Shown piece by piece: positions 22,303-31,522 of a stretch of 31,522 bases of DNA. The notes under the pieces were generated by a model. It did no database searches. It was not told the DNA's origin and worked only from the letters and a program-made list of their open reading frames with translations. Position numbers and translations under genes: made by a program. The DNA is from Paraspadella gotoi. Lineage: Eukaryota; Animalia; Chaetognatha. Within the stretch, counting starts at the first letter, position 1. Each line of letters begins with the position of its first letter. The stretch spans positions 1 through 31,522 of the forward strand of contig JBJCIZ010000310.1 of the NCBI GenBank assembly GCA_051294375.1, read 5' to 3'.

Positions 22303-22747
22303 ATGGAACTGAAATTTAACACTCGGATTGTTATATTCAATTGCATTTTTATTTTGATGATTATGACTTTTTACTGGATTCGCGTTGAAAATATTACTTT
22401 AATTTTTGGGCGGAATGAAATTGCGGTGGATCTCGATCAACTATGTGGCTGCAGAAAAATAAGAAGTTTAAATGAAATTCCTCCAGAAAATCGGTCCACA
22501 TGTGGAGTTTTGGGCACCCAACGCGGCCCAAGTCAGAAAATCATCGCATTTTCCTTTTATGGAATCATGGAAAGCAAATATTTTCGTGGCATCAAAGATA
22601 ATGTAATGTACGTGAAGAACATGTATCCTGGATATGTGATGCGACTTTATCTGAACTGGAAAGAAGCAACAAAAAAAGAAACAACCCTTTTATGTAGACT
22701 CTTTTGTGAGGAGCCTATTTTAGATATTTGCGACGTCAACGATATCA
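22303..22747 (+). CDS. Uncharacterised type II membrane glycosyltransferase-like protein, exon 1
   Basis: ATG in aaatcATGG context; short N-tail plus hydrophobic anchor IVIFNCIFILMIMTFYW; STC...RGPSQKIIAFSFYG...YFRGIKDN...YPGYVMRLY...LDICDV. Donor A|gttaag at 22747/22748 (phase 1). Confidence 0.85.
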
Positions 22748-22913
22748 GTTAAGATAACTAAATAAATTTGAGTAAGACACAATGAAAAATGGCGTAACGT
22801 TACTGTTCCGTGCATAAAAAAAATTCACTGTTCAATATTATTATATTTCTTTTTATTTTTTGAAACGTTATAGTTTCATATGTTGAATATCCAAAATATC
22901 AATGCAATCTTTG

Positions 22914-24313
22914 TTTTAGCGATCTGCTTATCAGCAGATCCCGACTCTATAATTCACTTTGTCGGTCCGTCGGTCCGCCCCCTCAATATTGTCGGGCACT
23001 AACTTATATCATGTCAGAACATCGAATTATGATAAATTATGCAAAAAAATTGATGTCCGTCCGTCCATCGTCCGTCTGTCTGTCCTGTCGCTGTCTGTCG
23101 TCTCTGTCTCTGTCTTCTGTCCAGTCCTGCTTCGTGTTCGTCGTCGTCACCTTAGCAAAAAACACCAATTACTCGTATTGCATGGATGGATTGGAATGAA
23201 ATTTTGTGTGCGGGTAGGGAAGTGTGTGATTGAGATGTATATGAAGTTTCGAGGGAATCGGGCGAGTGGAAATTGGTTTAAATGGAAAAAACAAAAAAAT
23301 ATAATTCACTATTTGAACACCAAATTGCTCATGAGTGGATGGGGCGATTGGCCTGGAATTTTATATGTGGGTAGGAAAGTGTGTGATTGAACAGGAAATC
23401 AAGTTTCGATGGAATCGTTTGAGTGAAATGAGTTTAAATGGAAAAAAACAAAAACCTGTTTCACTAATTGATTATGCTTCTTTTTCCTTTTATATTAAAT
23501 GTATATGCAGGATGTATTAATAATCAAATAATTAATCAGTTAATTAATCAATTAGTCAATTAATTAATCAATAATTCATTAATCAGCTAGATATAAAGTT
23601 TTGACGGAATTGTGCTAGTGGAAATGAGTTTAAATGGAAAAAAAAGTCACAGTTACTTGAATCTTTATTATTAATGATTACTAAAAAATGTTTTAATTAA
23701 TTAATTAATTAATGTGAAAAAATGATACAATTTAAAAAATTATGCAATTGAAAAAATGATGCAAGTTGAAAAAATGATGCAAGTTGAAAGAATGAATGCA
23801 AGTTGAAAGAATGATGCAAGTTGACAAAAATGATGCAAATTGAAAAATGATGCAAATTGAAAAAATGATGCAAATTATAAAAATGATTCAAAATGAAAAA
23901 ATGATGCAAGTTGAAAAAATGATGCAAGTTAAAAAAATCTTAAAAGCAATCGTCGCAATTGCATAAAAAAAAAGAGAGAGAGAGAGAGAGAAATAAAATA
24001 AAATATAATTAATTAATTAAAATTAATTAATTAATAAATTAATAATAATTATTTATTAATAATTAATTAATTATATTTATTTTATTATTAATTAATAATT
24101 ATTATTAATTATTAATTAATTAAAAATTAATTAATTATAATATTAATAATACTTATTTATTAATAATTATTTATTAATAATTAATTTATATAATTATTAA
24201 TTAATATTATTAATTAATTAAATTAATTAATTATATTTATTTTATTTAATTAATTATTAATTAATTAATTAATTATCGTAGGCAGATCCGACATTGTTTG
24301 CTCAAACTTGTTT
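22914..24313 (+). mobile_element. Helentron/DINE-1-like non-autonomous element (HINE), apparently full length
   Basis: 5' T-run, then a subTIR with adjacent IR (gatctgc..gcagatcccgac), (GTCC/GTCT)n microsatellite, internal repeated blocks, an 18-bp minisatellite (23715-23935) and an AT tract. It ends with 3' subTIR gcagatccgac (24282-24292), a small hairpin gtttgctcaaac and a T-run. Confidence 0.7.
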
Positions 24314-26402
24314 AGATATGACTGAAATATAGGGTGAAAGATGTTAAATTTTTTTAAAAAGTTACTTATTCATATTTATTCATAGAATTGTAATAGAAAA
24401 AAAATAATAGTACTATTAGTTAGTGTTATGTCTCAAATAGATGAAAAAAAAACCTCATTTAAAAATTCGGTTGGGAAGTGGGGTAACTAAGGCTTACAAT
24501 GGCATCCTCCACGCCGATTGTTCTCTCAAATAATTTTTTTTATTTAATACATTTGAAAGGGAAAAAAAGAAAATTTGGAATGCAGGTTGCAGAAAGGGTA
24601 CAGATAATCTGGACTTATTGACACGATAACCATGACCTTTTATATCTTGTGAAATGAGGGCAGTAAAGAAATCTAAAAAATTTCTTCATTAAGTCAGTCC
24701 AATGAACCCTTTCTAATGGGCTATTACGAGAAATATTTTTTCTTAATTAAAAATGGATGATAAATAATAGAATTAAATTCCTTGCTATATTTAAAAAAAA
24801 TTATCAATATATTTAACTCAATGATGTTTTGCTTTGTCAAATATGTTTACCAGCTATATAATTTTTTACAACTTTATTATGATAAACAAGCAGTGTGTCA
24901 AGCTTTTAGTTTGCAGTTAAAGATAATGAAAAATGAAGATTTTTTTTTCACAGACAAGAAGGTAGATGTCCAGACTGTTTATATCAAGCTGAAAACATTT
25001 TTGTATTTATCATTTTTAATATTTAAAAATACATTTTATCAAAGCTACAACATAAATTTTTGCTTGTTTTTTACTTTAACTGAAAAATATAAGCAATTTT
25101 ATGGAATAAAAAAATTTAATAATAAACAAAATGTAATTCGGTCTTTCCTTTTTCAAATTACAAAAGAAAAAGAAAAAAATTTTATATGCCTTCATTGAAA
25201 TTTTTAAAGCAAAAACTGTTATACTTTTAACTCTGATTTAAACAAAAGCTGTGTAAAGATTTATAGATTTAATTTAATAAAATCTTTTAGAAAGGTGTCC
25301 CATGATTAGGGCTTTAATTTGATACCACATCCACCTTGCTACCTCTTTTCTTTCAAAAGTTATTTTAAAAAAATAACTTTTTTTAAATTACGCAGTACAA
25401 ATCTTTATTAAATAAAAATTTCGGCAAAGCGGAGTATCTCACTTATTTCTATTGGTACAATACTTAAATTTCAAAATAAAACTTGAAGAAAATTTTTTTG
25501 TCATTTAGAGACATATCACTTTCAGATGTACCCATCGTATAATAATTTATTTATTTATTTCCCCCAAAAAAGCCTAATTAGAAAAGTTTAAATTTTTTCA
25601 ATTGTTGGAAAAAAAATTTCGTCCGACCTATGGTTATTGAGAAGAATGGTTTTGCATAGAAAATCAAAATATCAAAAAATTAAAAAATCAGCCTCTAGAA
25701 AAATCGAAAGGCAATTAGAATTGCAAAATTTTTTTCCTGACTCATAATCCATTATTCTCAAGTTTCAAAATATTTTTTTTCCAAAATCATTCAATCAAAT
25801 TTTTTTTATTAATTTAAAATGTTTTTATGATGTTGTTTTTGTTTGAAAAGAATTGAAAAAAAGTGAAAAATATAGTCATTATATAGAGGTTTTTGAAAAT
25901 ACCTTTAAAATATTAAATAATTAGACACAAGGGAGTAAGCAGAGAAAACTTCCCATTCATAAAGAAAATTGAAAATGAATTTGTCATATTGTTATTTAGA
26001 TTAATTGACTAATTACAAACAAATGATTCATATAAATTGAAGAAATGATGGGTAAAAAATATTCATCTTGGTCTCGGTTAACTATTAGGTTATCGTTAAA
26101 GTTTTGTTTTAATAATATTAATATTTTTTTTGCATTTATAAAAGCAATGGTCTAAAATTTTGTAAGCGTTTCGACTATATTGCTTCATCTTTTTTACTAT
26201 TTTTGATCTAGTTAACTTTTTTGATTGATGGTCAAGGGTTATGGTCAGATACAGTAATGTCCAGTAGTATATATCGCACATATTACCAAAAGTAATGATC
26301 AATCAGCACGAGACCGTTTCGCCACGTTATTTTTCATTGTGTCGTAAAGACAAATTTAAAAACTCAAAAACTAAAAAAAAAAATATTTTTTCCTTTTTTT
26401 AG

Positions 26403-26716
26403 CCGCGATACCCGCACCTGAAAAAAAAATTTGGAATGGTTTGGCGATTCGCACCAATGGCAGATCCACTCTGCTCACTGTTTCACAGTCGTGACTTGGA
26501 TAATAACATCATTTTGAGAGAAGTGGCAGCTGTGAATGAATGGAATGCGACTAACTATTCTTTTCATGTGATGAGAGATCACCCATGGCACACGACAGAG
26601 ATTCTGGAGGCATGTTTGGAATAAAGATAACAGACAAAAATAGAAAAATAGTAAAAACGTCTTTTGAAAAAATGTTGGATTATGTTGGAAATGGAAAAAA
26701 AAAGGGACTAGACCAG
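26403..26716 (+). CDS. GT-like gene exon 2, copy 1 (frameshifted)
   Basis: GMVWRFAPMADP...SRDLD...REVAAVNEW...FHVMRDHPWH. A 1-nt loss at ILGG (attctggaggcatg) and further indels break the frame relative to copy 2. Acceptor AG 26401-26402, donor CAG|gtacgg. Confidence 0.7.
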
Positions 26717-27085
26717 GTACGGCTAACACTTGTAGTTTTAATTAAATTTGCGGGATAATTAAAAAAAAATTTTGGCTGTAGCATGTGATAAGGAACAAAG
26801 ACGACTTTGTAAATAAATAATAATTACTATAGTAAATATAAATGATTAAAAGTTGAAAAAAAAGTTTTTTAAAATTTCTCTGCGCGTCAACAAAAAAAGT
26901 CAAGTAGTTTTTCTAACAAATGAATGTAAAAATGAGCCGACGTCGTTCTTAGAGATCGAGGAAGATCAATGGAGATTTTTGTTCAAATCTAACTACCAAA
27001 CAATATAAAACTCCTGGGAAAAATTCCAATAAAAAATCGATGTAAAAACACTTGATTCCGATCCTGTTACTCTGAAGGGCTTGCA

Positions 27086-27470
27086 TTTTTAGTCGGATCT
27101 GCTTTTCAGCAGATCCCGACTCTATAATTCACTTAGTCGGTCCGTCGGTCCCCCTCAATATTGTCGGGCACTAACTTATATCATGTCAGAACATCGAATT
27201 ATGATAAATTATGCAAAAAAAAATGATGTCCGTCCGTCCGTCCGTCCCACCTTAGCAAAAAACACCAATTACTCGTGATTGGATCGATGGATGGAATAAA
27301 ATTTTGTGTGTGGGTAGGGAAGTGTGTGATTGAGCTGAATATGAAGTTTCGATGGAATCGTCCGAGTGGAAATGAGTTTAAATGGAAAAAACAAAAAAAT
27401 ATAATTCACTATTTGAACACCAATTGCTCATGTGTGGATGGGGCGATTGACCTGGAATTTTGTATGTGAG
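27086..27470 (+). mobile_element. HINE copy, 3'-truncated
   Basis: ttttagtcggatctgcttttcagcagatcccgac start; near-identical to 22914-23375. Confidence 0.8.
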
Positions 27471-27610
27471 TAGTAAGCTGAATCGATGAGCGATTTCTTC
27501 ACTGGCTGTCGTATTTTCCTATACTTTGATAAGTGCAGAATAAGAAAATCTTTTTAAAAAAATTTAGTAGCCATAATGTGGTATTCCTTTCGTTTCGTTG
27601 TGTTTTGGTG

Positions 27611-27806
27611 TTTTCGCGAAAACAAAGTTTAGAGTTTGTACTACAACGATTTTTTTTTTATTTAACATAAACAGACATGTTTCGGCTTTTGTTCAAGCTT
27701 TTGTTCAAACACTGATGAAGGCTTGAACAAAAGCCGAAACATGTCTGTTTATGTTAAATAAAAAAAATCGTTGTAGTACAAACTCTAAACTTTGTTTTCG
27801 CGAAAA
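27611..27806. repeat. Near-perfect ~196-bp palindrome (about 88-bp arms); Penelope-like inverted pLTR remnant
   Basis: 27611-27698 is the reverse complement of ~27721-27806 apart from homopolymer length. The spacer includes a short duplicated ttttgttcaa. Confidence 0.92.
27707..27750 (+). ncRNA. Minimal type I hammerhead ribozyme
   Basis: aaaca [stem I] CTGATGA a ggctt-gaacaa-aagcc [stem II] GAAA c-at-g [palindromic ACAUGU stem III] TC^ tgttt [stem I']. Predicted cleavage after C27745 (GUC); AATAAA follows downstream. Confidence 0.85.
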
Positions 27807-28202
27807 AAAAAATTTTAAAATTAAAAAAACAAACGCATTTTTTATGATATAAATTGTTCGTATAAATACGATCTCGGAATTGAGAATCCAGTGCTCCGAT
27901 CAAAAGATTCAGGCAGAATGAAATCTCCTTTCTCCTCGAGAACTGTTCAACCAATCAGAGCTCAGTATTTGACGTCATGAATGTTTTCTTAAATTCTCCA
28001 TTGTTCAAGCGAACAGCTGAGATCTTTGATGGAAGGTATTTGGTATTTGTTAATATTGTATTTGTATTAATTAATTAATATAATTACTATTAATTAGTAT
28101 TGTATTAATTAATTAATTATTATAATTGAGGAAAATATTAAGCCTCGCCTCTTTCCTTTAAACGTTCCCTCAATATCTGAGGCTAGTTATAGTTGGGCCA
28201 TT

Positions 28203-28227
28203 NNNNNNNNNNNNNNNNNNNNNNNNN
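28203..28227. other. Assembly gap (25 N)
   Basis: Direct read. Confidence 1.
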
Positions 28228-28356
28228 AATTGAAAAAATGATGCAAATTGAAAAAATGATGCAAATTATAAAAATGATTCAAAATGAAAAAATGATGCAA
28301 GTTGAAAAAATGATGCAAGTTAAAAAAATCTTAAAAGCAATCGTCGCAATTGCATA

Positions 28357-28389
<33 letters not shown>

Positions 28390-31300
28390 AATAAAATAAA
28401 ATATAATTAATTAATTAAAAATTAATTAATTAATAAATTAATAATAATTATTTATTAATAATTAATTAATTATATTTATTTTATTAATTAATTAATAATT
28501 ATTATTAATTATTAATTAATTAAAAATTAATTAATTATAATATTAATAATACTTATTTATTAATAATTATTTATTAATAATTATTTAATAATTATTAATT
28601 AATTATTAATTAATTAATTAATTATATTTTATTTTATTTATTAATTATTAATTAATTAATTAATTATCGTAGGCAGATCCCGACATTGTTTTGCTCAAAC
28701 TTGTTTAGATATGACTGAATATAGGGTGAAAGATGTTAAATTTTTTAAAAAGTTACTTATTCATATTAATTCATAGAATTGTGTAATAGAAAAAAAATAA
28801 TAGTACTATTAGTTAGTGTTATGTCTCAAATAGATGAAAAAAAACCTCATTAAAAATTCGGTTGGAAGTGGGGTAACTAAGGCTTACAATGGCATCCTCC
28901 ACGCCGATTGTTCTCTAAAAATAATTTTTTTTATTAAATACATTGAAAGGGAAAAAAAGAAAATTTGGAATGCAGGTTGCAGAAAGGGTACAGATAATCT
29001 GGACTTATTGACACGATAACCATGACTTTATATCTTGTGAAATGAGGCAGTAAAGAAATCTAAAAAATTTCTTCATTAAGTCAGTCAATGAACCCTTTCT
29101 AATGGGCTATTACGAGAAATATTTTTTCTTAATTAAAATGGATGATAAATAATAGAATTAAATTCCTTGCTATATTAAAAAAAAATTATCAATATATTTA
29201 ACTCAATGATGTTTTGTTTGTCAAATATGTTACCAGCTATATAATTTTTTACAACTTTATTATGATAAACAAGCAGTGTGTCAAGCTTTTAGTTTGCAGT
29301 TAAAGATAATGAAAAATGAAGATTTTTTTTCACAGACAAGAAGGTAGATGTCCAAACTGTTTATATCAAGCTGAAACAATTTTTGTATTTATCATTTTTA
29401 ATATTTAAAAAATACATTTTATCAAGCTACAACATAAATTTTTGCTTGTTTTTTACTTTAACTGAAAAAATAATAACAATTTTTATGGAAATAAAAATAT
29501 TAAATAATAAACAAAATGTAATTCGGTCTTTCCTTTTTCAAATTACAAAGAAAAAGAAAAAATTTTATGCCTTCATTGAAATTTTAAAGCAAAAAACTGT
29601 TATACTTTTAACTCTGATTTAAACAAAAGCTGTGTAAGATTTATAGATTTAAGTTTAATAAAACTCTTTTAGAAAGGTGTCCACATGATTAGGGCTTTAA
29701 TTTGAATACCACATCCACCTTGCTACCTCTTTTCTTTCAAAAGTTATTTTAAAAAATAACTTTTTTTAAATTACGCAGTACAAATCTTTATTAAAATAAA
29801 TTTCGGCAAAGCGGAGTATCTCACTTATTTCTATTGGTACAATACTTAAATTTCAAAATAAAACTTGAAGAAAATTTTTTTGTCATTTAGAGACATATCA
29901 CTTTCAGATGTACCGCCATACGTATACATAATTATTATTTATTTCCCCCAAAAAAGCCTAATTAGAAAAGTTTAAATTTTTTCAAATTGTTGGAAAAAAT
30001 TTTCGTCCCGACCTAGGTTATTGAGAAGAATGGTTTTGCATAGAAAATCAAAATATCAAAAAAATAAAAAAATCAGCCTCTAGAAAAATCGAAAGGCAAT
30101 TAGAATTGCAAAATTTTTTTCCTGACTCATAATCCATTATTCTCAAGTTTCAAAAATATTTTTTTCCCAAAATCATTCAATTAATTTTTTTTATTAATTT
30201 AAAATGTTTTTATGATGTTGTTTTTGTTTGAAAGAATTGAAAAAAAGTGAAAAATATAGTAATTATATAAGGTTTTTGAAATACCTTTAAAATATTAAAT
30301 AATTAGACACAAGGGAGTAAGCAGAGAAAAACTTCCCATTCATAAGGAAAATTGAAAATGAATTTGTCATATTGTTATTTAGATTAATTGACTAATTACA
30401 AAACAAATGATTCATATAAATGTGAAGAAATGATGGGTAACAAAATATTCATCTGGTCTCGGTTAACTATTAGGTTATCGTTAAAGTTTTGTTTTAATAA
30501 TATTAATATTTTTTGGCATTTATAAAAGCAATGGTCTAAAATTTTGTAAGCGTTTCGAGCTATATTGCTTATATCTTTTTTACTATTTTTGATCTAGTTA
30601 ACTTTTTTGTTATGGATGGTCAAAGGGTTATGGTCAGATACAGTAATGTCCAGTAGTATATATCGCACAATATTACCAAAAGTAATGAAATCAAGTTCAG
30701 CACGAGACCGTTTCGCCACGTTATTTTTCATTGTGTCGTAAAGACAAATTTAAAAACTCAAAAACTAAAAAAAAAAATATTTTTTCCTTTTTTTAGCCCG
30801 ATACCCGCACCTGAAAAAAAAATTTGGAATGGTTTGGCGATTCGCACCAATGGCAGATCCACTCTGCTCACTGTTTCACAGTCGTGACTTGGATAATAAC
30901 ATCATTTTGAGAGAAGTGGCAGCTGTGAATGAATGGAATGCGACTAACTATTCTTTTCATGTGATGAGAGATCACCCATGGCACACGACAGAGATTCTAG
31001 GAGGCATGTTTGGAATAAAAATAACAGACAAAAATAGAAAAATAGTAAAAACAACTTTTGAAAAAATGTTGGATTATGTTGGAAATGGAAAAAAAAAGGG
31101 ACTAGACCAGGTACGGTAACACTTGTAGTTCTAATTAAATTTGATGGGATAATTAACAAAAAAATTTTTGGCTGTAGCATGTGGATAAGGAACAAAGACG
31201 ACTTTGTAAATGAATAATAATTACTATAGTAAATATAAATGATTAAAAGTTGAAAAAAAAGTTTTTAAAATTTCTCTGCGCGTCAACAAAAAAAGTCAAG

Positions 31301-31522
31301 TAGTTTTTCAACAAATGAATGTTAAAATATGAGCCGACGTCGTTCTTAGAGATCGAGGAAGATTTTTTCAATGGAGATTTTCGTTCAAATCTGACTACCA
31401 AACTACCGTTCCTGGGAAAAATTCCAATAAAAAATCGATGTAAAAACACTTGATTCTGATTCTGTTACATCTGAAGGGCTTGCATTTTTAGTCGGATCTG
31501 CTTTTCAGCAGATCCCGACTCT
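28228..31522 (+). repeat. Direct duplication of ~23838-27123
   Basis: Collinear and near-identical; differences are mostly 1-nt indels and homopolymer lengths. It begins exactly at the gap. Confidence 0.95.
30797..31110 (+). CDS. GT-like gene exon 2, copy 2 (intact)
   Basis: Acceptor ttttag|cc is compatible with the phase-1 donor of exon 1 (DI-T-RYPHLKKKFGMVWRF...). Open through RDLD, MRDHPWH, ILGGMFG and KGLDQ; donor CAG|gtacgg at 31110/31111. Further exons lie beyond the window. Confidence 0.85.

Noticed and set aside
24782-25198. 138-aa ORF (and the partial copy at 29383)
   Set aside because: AT-rich F/K/I/N-biased intronic sequence whose frame is not conserved between the duplicate copies.
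27474-27530. LNR-DE..L...Y.PIL resembling a Penelope GIY-YIG C-terminus
   Set aside because: Requires a frameshift, is very short, and its orientation conflicts with the adjacent inverted arm; insufficient support.

Overview
AT-rich, intron-containing eukaryotic DNA, most consistent with an invertebrate (probably arthropod) draft assembly. It is not prokaryotic, and most entries in the ORF track are spurious. Three protein-coding genes are supported. (1) Two spliced 3' exons of a GT10 alpha-1,3-fucosyltransferase (+, 2560-6932); its 3.5-kb intron holds a nested stack of a BEL/Pao gag+LTR remnant, a TA-flanked MITE inside that LTR, a tRNA-derived SINE and a possible antisense exon pair. (2) A multi-exon, probably mitochondrial-clan cytochrome P450 (-, about 9680-13967) that does not appear as any single ORF because it is full of frameshifts; its motifs can be followed across frames. 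(3) A type II membrane, DxD-bearing uncharacterised glycosyltransferase-like gene (+, from 22303), whose second exon appears twice because a 3.3-kb block is duplicated across a 25-N gap (probably an assembly artefact). The non-coding DNA holds a minimal type I hammerhead ribozyme inside a roughly 196-bp palindrome (Penelope-like pseudo-LTR signature), a second decayed hammerhead, Helentron/DINE-1-like elements carrying an 18-bp minisatellite, MITEs, solo-LTR candidates and low-complexity tracts. I do not find a clearly novel multi-gene system. The best leads are the hidden P450, the palindrome-embedded hammerhead and the uncharacterised GT-like gene. All homology calls come from motif recognition by eye, not from database searches.
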